Below, piece after piece: positions 12,664 to 26,048 of a stretch of DNA of 64,000 nucleotides (positions are counted from its first letter, which is position 1; every line of letters starts with the position of its first letter). The position numbers were made by a program, and so were the translations under genes. The stretch spans positions 15,376,001 through 15,440,000 of the forward strand of contig CM059447.1 in assembly GCA_030390025.1 (NCBI GenBank), in the 5' to 3' direction. The notes beneath the pieces were generated by a model. It had not been told where the DNA came from. It did no database searches and saw nothing but the letters and a program-made list of their open reading frames with translations. Source of the stretch: Squalus acanthias. Its lineage: Eukaryota.

Positions 12664-12835
12664 GAGAAGTCGCACAACACCAGGTTATAGTCCAACAGCT
12701 TTATTTGAAATCACAAGCTTTTGGAGCGCTGCTCCTTCATCAGGTGAAGTGAAGAGATGCATATAGGCACAGCATATATAGTCAGAGAACACTGGCAGTC
12801 CACCCCAGTCCAACACCGGCATCTCCACATCATGG
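12664..12835. mobile_element. Penelope-like element (family B) inverted cassette
   Basis: Antisense arm with a hammerhead motif (12711-12747, GAAA mutated to AAAA) joined to the sense terminus gtccaccccagtccaacaccggcatctccacatca. Perfect 15-bp direct repeat cttctctttaactgt at 12649-12663 and 12836-12850. Confidence 0.75.
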
Positions 12836-13139
12836 CTTCTCTTTAACTGTTCTTCTACTTTGAATATGCTTATAAAAGCCCTTACTATTTCCATTTATAT
12901 TATCTGCTAGCCTTTTACATACTCTCCTTTAGCCCTTCTGATCTCCATTTTCACTGCCCCATTACACTTTCTATATTTGTCATGTTTTTAGTATTGTTAG
13001 TCAGATCCTTCTTATCTCACTGAACCTTCCCTTTTTCCAATTCAGCACCATTATCTTTAACTGTTTATTGTCCTTTTCTATTTTGACATTGAACCTAACA
13101 ATGTGGTGGTCACTATTTCACAAATGTTCTCCTACTTAC

Positions 13140-13478
13140 TGGGTACAGTAGCAAAGTGGTTATGGTTACTGGACTAGTAATCCAGAGGCCTGGACTAATG
13201 ACGTGAGTTCAAATCCCACCATGGCAGCTGGGGAATTTAAATTCAGTTAATTAAATAAATCTGGAATAAAAAGCTAGTAATGGTGACCTCGATTGTTGTA
13301 AAAACCTGTCTGGTTCACTAATGTTCTTTAGGGAAGGAAATCGGCTGTCTTTACCCAGTCTGGCCGATATGTGACTCCAGACCCACCGCAATGCGGTTGA
13401 CCTCTGAGGTATTTGGGATGGTCAGTAAATGCTGGCCTCGCCAGCAACGCCCACATCCCATAAATGATTATTAAAAAA
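13140..13478 (+). mobile_element. tRNA-derived SINE whose tail is shared with a second CR1-group LINE
   Basis: A box tagcaaagtgg, B box gagttcaaatcc. The tail aaatgctggcctcgccagcaacgcccacatccc matches 39364-39396. Confidence 0.75.
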
Positions 13479-13572
13479 AACTCTTACCTCAGTTATTTGC
13501 ACCATTTAATTTCTCAGAACAAAATCAAGCAATGCTTCATCCCTTGTTGGATTCGAAACAAACATACCAACA

Positions 13573-14485
13573 ATGACGGACGGGTAAAGACCCTCTGGTC
13601 CATCCAGCCTGTCCCACACAATTGCGATACCTTGTGCATCGCACATTCCACTCGATGTGATCTCCCGGGAGAGGCTAAAAACCCAAGCCAATTTGGGGAA
13701 AAGAAAATCGGGGAAATTCCTCTCCGACCCATCAAGGTGATCGAAGCTAGTCCAGGAGATCACTCTGACCCTGAATTCCCTGCAGTACCTACCTTCTGTA
13801 AGAGGTGATAACAGGTCCAGCATACTGACCTATGACATAGTTTCTAAACAGTATTACCAATTTTGACAACATACACAAATTATCTTGGGATAGTTCAAAT
13901 CTGCCTTAATGCAATCCTCGTTGTAGAGTGCCTCTGTTATCCATTTTTCCTCTAATGTGCAGTATTCTGCACTTATCTGTAATAAATTTAATCTGGCATT
14001 GATCTGCCCACTCACATAACTCATTTTGTAGTTCCTAAGCTGCCTTCTCATATTCCTTTGCCCCTCTTAGTATGGTATCATTTGTAAACTTCACAAGTTT
14101 ATATTCAGCTTCTTAATCCAAGTCATTATTATCAATTAGAAACAGTGGGGGGTCCCAGCGCCAATCTCTGGGGCACCCCACTAAGTATTTGCTCCCACCT
14201 CAACATAAGTCCTCCGATAAGTATTTGCTTTCTATCCTTCACCAACTTTTTAATCTATTTCCAAGTTTTATCCTGAATCCCATTGCTTTAGGCCTTTAAT
14301 GTAGAGTTTCTGTCAAATGTCTTTGGAAGTCACAGTAGACCTCATCATGGAACATTCCACAGTCCACTTAAACTGTCAAGAAACCTCAAGAAGTCAAGGA
14401 GGTTGGTCAGGTAGGATTTACCCTTTTGAATCCCGGTTGGGTGCTATTTACTAAGTTATTATCATACAGGTGACCCTCAAGTTTA
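13573..14485 (-). mobile_element. CR1-type LINE fragments (3' UTR plus degenerate RT region)
   Basis: Antisense 3' UTR at 13573-13810. ggtcccagcgccaatctctggggcacccc is the antisense of the GVPQ.S.LGP RT motif. Confidence 0.65.
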
Positions 14486-15434
14486 GGTGGGCAGAACCTC
14501 AGTTTAATGTCTCATCTGCATCTCAGACAATGCAGCATTCCCTCAGTACTGTCATGGAGTACAGCCTAGTTTAAGCGTTCAAAATCAACAACCAAAAATA
14601 CACAACTTTTAAAAATGATATTCTCCTTGGATGGAATGCAAGGCTGTAGATGTGGTAGTGACCTTCTCAAGTTAAGTCTAATAATTAGTCTTTCCCTCCC
14701 CAGTTTCTCCCCTTTCCGCTTCCCTCTCCCCTCATCCTGGGATACTGTTCCATGGATGTTGATAGCCCTTCTGATCCTTGTTCCAGTTTCCAAGTGTGAG
14801 CCTAAATAGTGAATATTGATGGGCTTTTCAACCAACCTGGAGAGGGGAGGCACTAGAGCCAAGCAACATTAAGACCCCACGTGAGACTGACATTCCTGTT
14901 GTCACAAGTTGTAGCGAAAAAGTGGATGTGGCTAAAAATGTGGTGAAATCAAGGTAGAAAATGTTAACTTTATATTTATTCGTCCAAGTTTAACTCTGCT
15001 CTGACGATTCCTACACCTCCAAAAGCATTATTAAAGTGAGTATCAGGACCATTTTTCCCTTTGTTAAGGTGAATGAAGAATTCTGTAACTGAAGGTTTGT
15101 ATCGAAAAGTGAGTATTTTAACCAGGGGAGGATTTTGAAGCATTACCACAGCTGTGACAGAAGTGAATAGAACAGTCAAACCCATACAGTGGGGAAGGGG
15201 GTTGGGGTGGTTCCTGGGCTTTGAATCCCCTAATTCAGGACTTCCTCAGTTGTTCTTGGCCCTTTTCCCACCAAAAGGGCACAGCTACAGCTGAATTGAA
15301 TACTGTTTGACATTTATATCAATTAAGTAGCTCACTGACTTCTTGAGGAGTGTTAGAAGATTGTGATTGCAGGCATGTCATGGTTTACTGTGATTTTTTT
15401 CATTATCGTTTTAAAAATTGCATTCTAAGAAATA

Positions 15435-15538
15435 GGGGGAAAATTGGGTTACTTTGTGCCCCCCGTTAGTGCAGGGACGCTAACTTTTTCAGAGCGCTAA
15501 AGTAGCGCCCCAAAGGGGGCGCCACCAAATTTTTCCCC
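15435..15538. mobile_element. ~105-bp Harbinger-type MITE
   Basis: TIRs gggggaaaattgg and ccaaatttttcccc. Subterminal gcgcta/tagcgcc motifs shared with the elements at 35980 and 51102. Confidence 0.65.
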
Positions 15539-16399
15539 TGTAGCTGAACTTAATTTTATTACTGGGTCTTTAAGTAGAATGATAAATGGGCATTTTTCTG
15601 TTTTTCAATAAAAGACAATCTAGTCCTTGATATCCTTTACACGTTTCAGCAGGAGTCTCTCAATGGAGACCGAGAGCAGGAAACTTGGCTACAGATTAGT
15701 GACTTACAGGAATTTACTGTAGATTTGAAGGACTACAGACTGGAAGTGGGCTGAGGAGTTCCAGCTATTGAGAATCTATTCAGCTCATTTCTCATAAAGG
15801 AAAATATTCTATTTTCCAGCCCTTGCCCTGATGTGCACAGAAAAAAAAAATGTACACCGATAAATTACAAGGAAGTGAAATACTTCATCTCCCTCTGAAA
15901 CTTTTCAGGAATCTCAGCTATGCTATTTATGAGATTATTAGCTGGAACTACCAGGCTCAGCTCTAACTTGCTCTGCACACATTCAGCAAATGGTTCCCGG
16001 CTGCAGTGTATCTGACCGTGCCGCAGGAGGCTGCCCAGTCCCTGCTCGTTCACATCAGTGCTGCCATTTTGCCTAATAAGGATTGGATCTTAAGTGGTTC
16101 ATTAAGAAGGGGACTGTATGGGAGAGAATAATTTTCTGATTAGTATGAACTGTATTCCGGCCTTTCACTCAGCAGTGTTGGTAATACTAACAACTGATCA
16201 ATACTTATTTCAGCATCAGTTGTTGTATAATGATTGAGAGCATGGGAGGAAGCCAACTTCTGCACCTAATCGACTACTTGAGTTAGATAGGGGATAAGTT
16301 ATGGTGGGCAGTGGTTTACAAATAGGGTACATAATGGATGCAGGGATTAACTGAACAATAAGTGGTATTAAAACTAAATTGGGGACACTGTGATGACTC

Positions 16400-17030
16400 A
16401 TTGAGTAGATTGGGCCTATACACTCTGGAGTTAAAAAAATGAGAGGTGATCTCATTGAAACATATAAGATTCTGAGGGGGATTGACAGGGTAGATGCTGA
16501 GAGGCTGTTTCCCCTGGCTGGAGAGTCTAGAACTAGGGGGCATTGTCTCAGGATAAGGGGTCGGCCACTTATGATTGAGACGAGGAGGAATTTCTTCACT
16601 CAGAGGGTTGTGAATCTTTGGAATTCTCTATCCCAGAGGGCTGTGGGTGCTGAATCATTGAGTATATTCAAGGCTGAGATGGATAGATTTTTGGACTCTT
16701 GGGGAATCAAGGGCTATGGGTATCAGGCGGGAAAGTGAGTTGAGGTCGAAGATCAGCCATGATCTTATTTTATTCGTTCATGGGATGTGGACGTCGCTGG
16801 CAAGACCAGCATTTATTGCCCATCCCTAATTGCCCTTGAGAAGATGGTGGTGAGCCGCCTTCTTGAACCGCTGCAGTGCGTGTGGTGAAAGTGCTGTTAG
16901 GGAGGGAGTGCCAGGATTTTGACCCAGCGATGATGAAGGAACGGCGATATACTTCCAAGTTATTGAATGGTGGAGCAGACTCGAGAGGCCGTATGGTCTA
17001 CTCCTGCTCCTAATTCTTATGTTCTAATGT
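16400..17030 (+). mobile_element. CR1/HER1-type LINE 3' fragment, interrupted
   Basis: ORF MRGDLIETYKILRGIDRVDAERLFPL...FFTQRVVNLWNSL, followed by the 3' UTR hairpin and ttcttatgttc tail. Confidence 0.92.
16770..16959 (-). mobile_element. Second CR1-group LINE 3' end nested in a CR1 3' UTR
   Basis: Encodes YRRSFIIAGSKSWHSLPNS. Flanked by ttatt at 16765-16769 and 16960-16964. Confidence 0.8.
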
Positions 17031-17094
17031 TCATTGGGTAAGTGCATCATATGTGTTTGGAATTGAGCCATCACAGAGAACAACAACAACTTAT

Positions 17095-18030
17095 CGAGAA
17101 GAATTTCTCAGAGCTATTTACAAGGAGGAAATGAGAATGTAGAGCAGAAGACAGGAATATTTGGGGGGTGGGGAGAGAGAACAAAAGCATGGTCGAAGAG
17201 ATGAGTTTTTAGGAGGCTTTTGAAGGAAGGAAGTAATAAATAATGGGAAATGGTTTTGGGAAAGATTTTCAGATAGAGGGGGACATAATGGAGGAGAATG
17301 GCCACTAATAGTGGGATGATGGTAGTGGGGGATGAATAGTAGTTTGTTGTCAGAGGAGTGGAGGCTACAGATGGGACATACAGCTGGAGAAGATCACTGA
17401 GGTAAGGTGTATTAAGTGGTTCGAGTCAATGCACTGAGGGATGGGGAGTCATAGAAGCTTATCAAGTTCAGGGTTGATAAAGGTATTGGATTTTGTGTGA
17501 AAGAAAACTTAGACCAGAGTTCTGGTTTAGCTGAAAATTGTGGACCACGGAGAAGGATAGTCTACCAAGGAGAATATTTGAGAAGTCAATCCTTGAGGTG
17601 ATGAAGATATGTATTCTAGTTTCAGCAGTGAAGAGGTAGGAAAAAGCAGGCAATATTACAGAGCTGGAAAACTGCAGTCATGCTTACTGACTGGATGTGG
17701 GGTAAGGACAGCTCAGGGTTGAGCAGACCACCAAGGTTGAATACCACCTATTTCAGCCTGATGAAGCAGCTGGCGAGGTTTGATGGAGCTGGAATCAAAG
17801 GCTTGTCATGATCCAAAAAGCATGGCCTTTAGTTTTATCAAATGTTTCAGCTCATCAGGGCCTGATGTCAGACAGGCATTTGGATAGAACAACAACAACC
17901 TTGGAGTTGATGATGGTGACAGAGAGGTAGAGTTATGTGTTGTCGGCATACATGTTAAATTTGCTTGCAGATGATGTCATTGAGGGGTAGCATGTTAAAA
18001 TAAATATGAAGGGATTGAAGATAGAGCTAT
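17095..18030 (-). mobile_element. L2-type LINE 3' fragment, degenerate
   Basis: AETRIHIFITSRIDFSNILL...QLNQNS and FKSLLKTHLF resemble the L2 ORF2 C-terminus. Confidence 0.8.
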
Positions 18031-20239
18031 GGGCACACTGTGGGCTCAAGAGGGGGATATGGTGGCTGCTTGGCTAATGTGTTAATGGTGCACTTAAGGA
18101 CCTTGGAAGAAAAAAGCAGGTTGGACATAGAGTTGTTTGTTCTTGGGATGTGGGGGATACCCATTCTTTATTGCCTTTAAAGTTCATAACTTGTTATGGT
18201 AGGATTTAAACTCTTGACCTCTAGGTTTCTGGTCCAGTAGCTTAACCAATATGCTAATATACCCCAGGGTGCTGGTTTGCGAAATTGGAGAGGATTGAGG
18301 ATAGGCTTTTCTGAAGGGCGGTGTTGATGCTAGTTTTGAAAGGGGTGGAGACAGTACCAGAAAACAGCAAGAGGTGCCCCAGGTTTGACACTGGGTCTGT
18401 GCTGAGTCAGCCAAGGCACCCGTTAGCACACTGCCATTAGTCTCAGTATCTCTGGGTTAGGGTAGACACATGGTTTTAATGGAGCTGGATCCAAGTAATC
18501 CCATCCAGATTTTTTTTTCCAACATTTCATTTAATATACAAATAGTTCATGTGGATTAAAAATTGAAAAGAATTATTGCCACGTTCTTAAGTTGACATAA
18601 CATTGGAAACCAACTGTGTTAAAGTATATGATAAACTGTGTAATACAGAAACTGGATTCCTTGACACACAATGAGGCATTGATGTGCTCCATCATGGAGT
18701 GCTAAGACGTGGCCTTTTACCCATAAATCTTTGCATCTTGATTTCCTGATCTCGGCTGGGCGATGCCCATTGGATCTTCCTCCAAGGAAGGGAAAATCAG
18801 AACATGGCATCAATCCAATTTCTCTCACACTTCCAAACAGCTGGCCCAGCAATGGGATCTGGGATGGCTCACACACCCATCCTTCTCCTTTGAGTAATGA
18901 TGTGTGTGTTTTGCAAGGGATTAGCACAACTGGAGAAAGGAACTTACCAGCCAAAATAAGACAAGTAAATAAATCTTACTCTTCCCCTCGCGTTGTTCTT
19001 CTTTTAGCCAGCAGAGTGAGACAGTTTGAGGCCAAGCACTCCAATAATGCCACTTCATGATCAGCCAGAGGTTGAGTTGATCCAAGGCGGCTCATCACGC
19101 ACTCCCTTTTTCACTCCCCCATGGTAAAATGCTGAGTTTCCAATTCCAGCTCGAACAGCCCAACTGAGAAACAATATCTCTTTAGATCTGTTGATCTCTT
19201 TACTTCTGTCAATTCAACATCATTTTGCTTGAAAAAACTAGAGTATATCCAGTCATTTGAATTAAGCAATTTAAATAAAATGGTATTTGTATCCACAATT
19301 TCGATTTAAATTAACAGATAATTCAAAATAAGCAACTTCAAATTAAGAAGAATAGACTGGAAAACTCATTCACATGAATGTGGGTTCGAGTCCTCAGTAG
19401 ACCTAGGACTTGGATCCCTTCACCTGGAGTCTTTGTGGGGGTTTTCCCAATCGTCCACCGTACCTCTACTGGAAGATTGGCCGAAACCCCAGAGAAACAA
19501 CCATTTCTTTGGGATTTCCATTGATTTTCGACCAGAGTTACAGTCAGGAGAATCCTCGCAGAAATTCTACCCCCCAATTTTTTTAGTTAGATATCAAACA
19601 TTTAACCACTCGTGGTATCAGGCTACTTTTAAAATTGTCTTTTCATTTCGATCTTTTAGTATTTTTCTGTGCACTTTTGCTTCAGGTGAGATGGTTCAGG
19701 CTGCAGCCTATACCACCGCTGCCACTCTAAGTGTGACTAATTGCGAGGTGATCTGGGTCTGGTGTTTCCCCTGCAATATAATGACGCAAGAAGCTGCTGA
19801 AAGAAAGTTCCTGCCCGGCAAGGCGATTTTAGCAACACACAATGTCCTGGAACTCAAATGCACAACCAATTGTTTGGGATAAAGATCCTACCTGTGGTAT
19901 GAGATAATCCATTTTACCTCTCCTTTCATTAAAAGAACCTGTGGGCGATTTCTTCCCTTTAAAAATCGAACCTGACTGCATTCCGTTTTTCGCCAAGTAC
20001 AAACTATATTTTCAAAACTTCCTTTTTCGATTATTTCCATTAACTCTGTCCAATTCAAAGTTGAGCCATTTTGTTCACACTCAAATACAATTTTGTGGCA
20101 GTGGTGAGGCTAACCCTTTAAGAACTCCAGTATCATTTCAGCACCAAAGTAAAAAAAAAAAATACAATAATTTTTCAAAGTATTCAGTAAATTATGTCGT
20201 TTTTAATCTCTAATTCTGTTTTTTATTTTGCCTCGATCC

Positions 20240-20930
20240 CTGGGTGGCTCCTCGGGTTAATACAGTGAGCACAGCTGAGCTATTCAGACCAGACCAATCC
20301 CAGATTTAATTCTTGGTTTGTGTTGAGTTAGTTGGGATGGTGGTAGAGGTGCTGCAATTAACCTCAGTGCCTTTAATTCAGGGAGGGGAAATTGACCAGG
20401 TTCCCACTGCAACAGGGGAGACTAATGCATATAAATGACCACTTCATTATATGCTCTTTTTGCACCACACATGGTTACCTGGGTGACAGGAGGGCAAATG
20501 AACTGTGCTTTTTTTTGTTAGCTTTTGCCAACTTCGTTCTATATGACTGGAAAGTGTAACAGAATGACCGGGTAATTGATCCTCTTAACTTCTGTGCAAG
20601 AGGTGAAGTAAATAACAGGATTGATGCGCTGAAAAAAATAACTAATGCTGGTTTGATTCTCAATCTGTGCTGAGTTAACTGATCTCAGTTAGGGTGGCAG
20701 TAGGTCTGCCCAGTGTCCCCAGGGAAAGGCAGAGCAGAGAAAATTGGCAACAAAAGTATGGGCTACGGGAGGGGAAAGCAGCCACGTTCCTGCTACTGAA
20801 CGCTCTCCAGTCACCCTTGCTGGAAGTACGTTTGCGTTGAGGTGGGGTGAGTGCAGAATCAGTCTCACTGTGTGACACCTGCTGAAGTTGAATAGTTTGC
20901 CAAACTTAATGCCAGGTTAGCGGAAGCCAG
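20240..20930 (+). mobile_element. Two old SINE (AmnSINE2-like) copies, ~20240-20410 and ~20650-20930
   Basis: tgtgttgagttagttggg and tctgtgctgagttaactgatctcag cores. Confidence 0.55.
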
Positions 20931-21013
20931 TGGAACCATGCCGCAGTAGAAGTCAACACCTTTGGGGAAAAAAGAAACGAGCAACAAAAATAGAATTCTG
21001 ATAGGTCCGATCC

Positions 21014-21499
21014 ACCAGATTGATTCCTGGGATGGGGGGATTGTCCTATGAGGAGAGAGATTGAGTCGACTAGGCCTATATTCTCTGGAGTTTAGAAGAA
21101 TGAGAGGTGATCTCATTGAAACATACAAAATTCTTACAGGGCTTGACAGGGTAGATGCAGGGAGGATGTTTCCCCTGGCTGGGGAGTCTAGAACCAGGGG
21201 TCACAGTCTCAGAATAAGGGGTCGGCCATTTAGGACTGAGATGAGGAGAGATTTCTTCACTCAGAGGGTGGTTAATCTTTGGAATTCTCTACCCCAGAGG
21301 GCCGTGGAGGCTCAGCCGTTGAGTATATTCAAGTCAGAGGTCGATAGACTTTTGGATATTAAGGGAATCAAGGGATATGGGGATAGGGCGGGAAAGTGGA
21401 GTTGAGGTAGAAGATCATCCATGATCTTATTGAATGGCGGAGCAGGCTCGAGCAGCCAAATGGCCGACTCCTGCTCCTAATTCTTATGTTCTTATGATT
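21014..21499 (+). mobile_element. CR1/HER1-type LINE 3' fragment
   Basis: ORF RLGLYSLEFRRMRGDLIETYKIL...WNSLPQRAVEA with a (ttcttatg)n tail. Confidence 0.93.
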
Positions 21500-23616
21500 C
21501 CTCTTTTTCAGCGATTTCAGTAAAGTGTTAATTCAACACATCTTCCAGAAGCTGATATATTTTGGCAAGCACAGCCATGGCCTAAGCCTGCAAAACTATC
21601 TGCAGGTGGCTCCAGATGGGTTAACTAATTGTTGGATTATATTCTTTGTTTACCAGAATCTAGGAGAACAGGAAATAAATAGAGGATGCACATCATCTCC
21701 CCTGGGGCTTAGAATACATTTTTTTCCTTTTATTCAGTCAGTGACACAATTTACTAATCTGTGAATGAGTGGGTTACGGTGGCGAGGATCACAGATGCGA
21801 CTGTGAAGAATAATGTGTAGTATAGTTGTACTGTAATGTGCAACTATTTCCTAAAAGTGGGGCTGAGGAGTGGAACTAATTGGACAGGCACAATTGGCCG
21901 AATTTCCTCCTTCTGTGTTGTATGATTCTATGAATATCTTTAGCAAGTTCTTTTCTCTTCATTGGCAAAGAAATGAAAAGCTGTAAGAAAATTCCGTCAA
22001 GTGACCATCATTTTATTAGGCGGAAGTTTTTCCACAGAAGGGATTCAGAAAAAAGAGTTACTTTTAATGTTGGGATTTTAAAGAAGTTTTTTGATATAAA
22101 TTTAGAAAAAAGCCACCTAGATGAAAGGTTGTTAATATGCTAATGGCAGTTGTTTCCCCCTTGCACAGATTGCAAAGAAGCAATTTGTTAGCTTCCCTCA
22201 GTGATCAATAAACACCTTGGCTTGGAGTTGCCTCCGCATTTACGGCCAGACACGCCCGTAATCTGCGTGCAAACAAATTACGTGGCTTAAAGACCGCAGA
22301 ATTGTGGGCGTGAGTTACGCGCCTAACTACAATACGCCCAAGTCTCGACCTTTTACGTCTCTCTATCAAACGCTCCGTCTGAACGAATCTCCACGCACAA
22401 AATTGGCCACACCCCTGATTCTCAAATGTGAATATCCTCCAATTGTGCTTGTTTGGGGGATTCTCTCAACATTAAGACCAGATGTTTTAATTGCAATTTT
22501 TTGAGAAAAATGCATCCTCACTGAGATCTGCTCTGTATTTTCTGTTTCTTTTAATGAACTTTTATGGCATCACTGTAAGTCACATTAAATATTGAAAAGC
22601 CTCCCCAATTGCAGGTTCTTAAACATGCTATGTCTGGTGTGCATGAATAATGGTTAAATGAGTTGAAGCTTAAATTTTCAGACTCACAGAAGAAATATAC
22701 TGGTGTGGGTTCGACGTTTCCTTGGGCCCCGATTGTTTACGCTGATTTATGCCCATTGTAAGTTTTTGTGTATCCTAGTGAGAGTGGAAGGATACTTGGG
22801 TGTAACTTGACATTGGCGACAAAATACTGGGCGTATTTTTGGGTCTAACTTCTGGGTTGCGCCCAAGGAGGAAACTCCAGGCCCTCAGACCCATCGTGTT
22901 GGCAAATCTGGTCACGGGCACGCGGCAAGGTGTGAACAGAGGCAAGTAATAAAAAATAGAGGCAGAGGCAGGTAGTCAGGCCTAGCAAAGGTTACAGGGT
23001 CAGTCAGCTTTTTAAAGGAAAAGCTGCGAGGGCCTTCACCGAGTCAGAGGTTAGAAATGCTGGAGGAGAGTTGGAAGCCATCTTGTTTAAGTCAAGTAAG
23101 ACAATCGACTGATATGAGGAAGTGTGGCATGTTCATCTTATGGTGAAATAAAGCAGCTTATCAATTCATGTCCCATCTCACCAAATGTTTGCTCAGCCCA
23201 CCTCCAGAGAAGTTCAAGAAGTACATGTGCGAAGGACACAAATATCCAGTTTAGGTCATATGCGGGTATTATTGTTACACCCCCGAGTTATGCTATCATA
23301 CAACTAGGTGTAGGGTCAACTCTGTGAGTGAGTCAACTCCCACAAAAATAAGATGCTTAGACTGCTTATGAGAGTGACTGATGTCATTGAACCCTAGAAG
23401 GTATCTATAGAAGACCAGAATTTGTATTAAGTACATTAAAAAAAAACATGTAAGGTCTGGGTTTCTAGTAGGTTGGAATAATCCCCTTTTACATCCTCAG
23501 ATCCTGTATATGAATCCAGTCCAGATAGATTAATAAAAACCACCTGTCTGTTAAGGGTCTTGTATGATTTGAGCAGATGATAGTTCCAGGGACATTAATC
23601 ATTTTAGTGGCATTGA

Positions 23617-24020
23617 ACTTAAGAAATAGGAGCAGGAGTCGGCCATTTGGCCCTTCGAGCCTGCTCCACCATTCAGTAAGATCCTGGCTGATCTTCTACC
23701 TTAACTCCACTTTCTCACCCTATCCCCATATTCCTTGCTTTCCTTAGTGTCCAAAAATGTATCGATCTCAGTCTTGAATATACTGAATGACTGAGCATGC
23801 ACAGCCCTTTTGGGTAGAGAATTCCAAAGATTCACCACTCTCTGAGCGAAGAAATTTCTCCTCATCTCTGTCCTAAATGGCCGACCCCTTATCCTGAGAC
23901 TATGGCCCCTGGTTCTAGACTCTCCAGCCAGGGGAACAGCCTCTCAGCATCTACCCTGTCAAGCCCTGTAAGAATTTTGTACATTTCAATGAGATCACCT
24001 TTCATTCTTCTAAACTCCAT
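23617..24020 (-). mobile_element. CR1/HER1-type LINE 3' fragment
   Basis: Reverse-complement match to 21085-21499. Confidence 0.9.
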
Positions 24021-24607
24021 TGTCCTAAACCCATTCTTCTAAACTTCCTTCCTAACACAATACCTATTGTGTTGGGATAAGGGCAGGAGAAGGAAGGATG
24101 AGGCTCCTCTGTAGTCTGTACTGTGAAACTGAAGAGAGTGCTCTTCACAGAATCTACAATGAGCTGATACCCCTTGGTATTGGTAGTTTCAAATAGCCAG
24201 AGCACTGTTATATGTAACTGTGTAAAGTAAATGACATGTGTCATCTGAGGCGAGGGTTTCACCGGATATCCCTGATGGCTGGATGCCAGCGGTTGTTGAA
24301 ATGGTAAATGGTTGCCGATGGTAGGGCATTCACGGGATCCACCATCTTGTGTATGGCTGCGGACGAGCTAACCTGTTAGTCTACAGTTCAGCAATGAGCT
24401 ATTGCCATTTCACTGATGTTCGGGAAAGTCACAAATATGATCGTGGACTAACTGTGTACGTGCAAGATTTGAACGTGTGCAGTTCCTTTAAATTCCATTC
24501 AAGGCGTTGAAGCAACTGCACATGCCCAAATATTCCTCTGTTGCAGATTCCGGCCCACAATGTTAACAGGTCCAACTCAGCACCAAGAGGATTGGATTAG
24601 AGTACAG

Positions 24608-24760
24608 AAATAAAAACAGAAAATGCTGGAGATACTCAGCAGGTCAGGCAGCATCTGCAGAGAGAGAAACAGAGTTAACGTTTCAGGTCGATGACCTTTC
24701 GTCAGAACTGGACCTTTTCTGTTTTTATTTCAGATTTCCAGCATCTGCAGTATTTTCTTT
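24608..24760. mobile_element. Penelope-like family A inverted cassette
   Basis: Antisense arm with hammerhead joined to the sense terminus. TSD ttggattagagtacag (24592-24607) and ttggattatattacag (24761-24776), 14/16 match. Confidence 0.78.
24673..24709 (-). ncRNA. Minimal hammerhead ribozyme motif, intact
   Basis: Reverse complement reads AGUU-CUGACGA-A-AGGUC-AUC-GACCU-GAAA-CG-UU-AACU. Confidence 0.8.
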
Positions 24761-24799
24761 TTGGATTATATTACAGGCTGCTTCTATAATCTAAATGGG

Positions 24800-25530
24800 G
24801 ATTGAGAATATAAAGAAGTAATGCTAAACTTATACATATCATTGTTTAGGCTGCAAGGGGAATATTGTGTACAGTTTTGTTTGCCTTGCTTTAGGAAAGA
24901 TATCAAGACAATGGTGACAGTGCAGAAGAGATTCATTAAGATTATACCAAGGCTGAAAGGTTTTAGTTACGAGGAGCGACTGGAGAAACTGGGGGAGGGG
25001 GCGTGGGGAGAGTCTTTCAACTGCTGGCCGTCTGTTTATTGTCTGAAAAACGAGCAGCTGGTAATTAAAAGTCTGGTGGGGACCTTGTGCATCCGTCTTC
25101 TATTCCCAGAGAGCAGTGAGCCTCTGGAATGCATTGCCAGCTGGTGTGGTGGGTGCTGACTCTCTGGATGCCTTCAAGAGGGAGCTGGACTGGTTCTTGA
25201 CAGGGGCAGCGATCACATCACAGAGAAGGTAAGTGTCTTTATAGAGATCACGTGGTCCGTGTGATCTCCCGGACTGGTTTTGATCGCCCGAGGTGGGGGG
25301 GGGGGGGTCGGAGAGGAATTATCCAGAGTATTTTTTCCCTTACTGGCCCTGGGGTTTTTTTTTTCTTCCCTCTCCCAGGAGATTACATGGCTGTGGTGGA
25401 GGGGGAGTGGGGAAGGCGGGAGGGGTGGGTAGGGGGAGGGTCGCAGTGTTTAGTCAGGAGGCTCTGGCCATCACGGTGTGGGCCAGGCCTGATGGACCAG
25501 CTGGTCTTTTTCTGCCCATCAATTTTGTGT
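24800..25530 (+). mobile_element. CR1-type LINE fragments (~24800-24992 and ~25110-25530)
   Basis: EYCVQF...VQKRFIKIIPRLKGFSYEERLEKLG, then a 3' UTR ending gatggaccagctggtc. Confidence 0.75.
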
Positions 25531-26048
25531 GTCGTATTTACCTGTCTGAATCAACTTTCAGGCAGGAGGCCGTTTGGTTATGGAAGTTGGGCTCTTAACA
25601 CCTGCTGTAGGACCCCGATTGTAATTTTCAAAGAGAAATGGGAAGAGCGTGCACGGCACATGCCGGTCCAATTTCTCTAAGCGTTGAGAGGCCTAATCAG
25701 TGGTCCTGAAAGGGCCTGCTGGAGGCCTCTCCAATAAGGCACTTTTTGTGTGCTTTTTAAAAGAGTTTTGTGGCACCCGGAGGAGCTGGAGTGGTCCTCT
25801 GGGCTCCACAAACATCTTCCGGCCTGCTGTCGGCCCTTTCTCGTGCCCCGCCCCCTCTGTCATCCGTTCACCCCCGCCCCCCTCACCCTTCTCAAAAGTC
25901 CTTATCTGCTGGCTGGCTACGTGCTACAGCCGGGCGATTTTCCGCCGTGGCAGAACGGTGAGATGCTGCCCACAGCTTGCTGCTCGGCACCGTGGGCACA
26001 TCGCTGGTATTGTGCCCGCTCGCTGGCCAAACCAAAAGTCTTCCCCGA

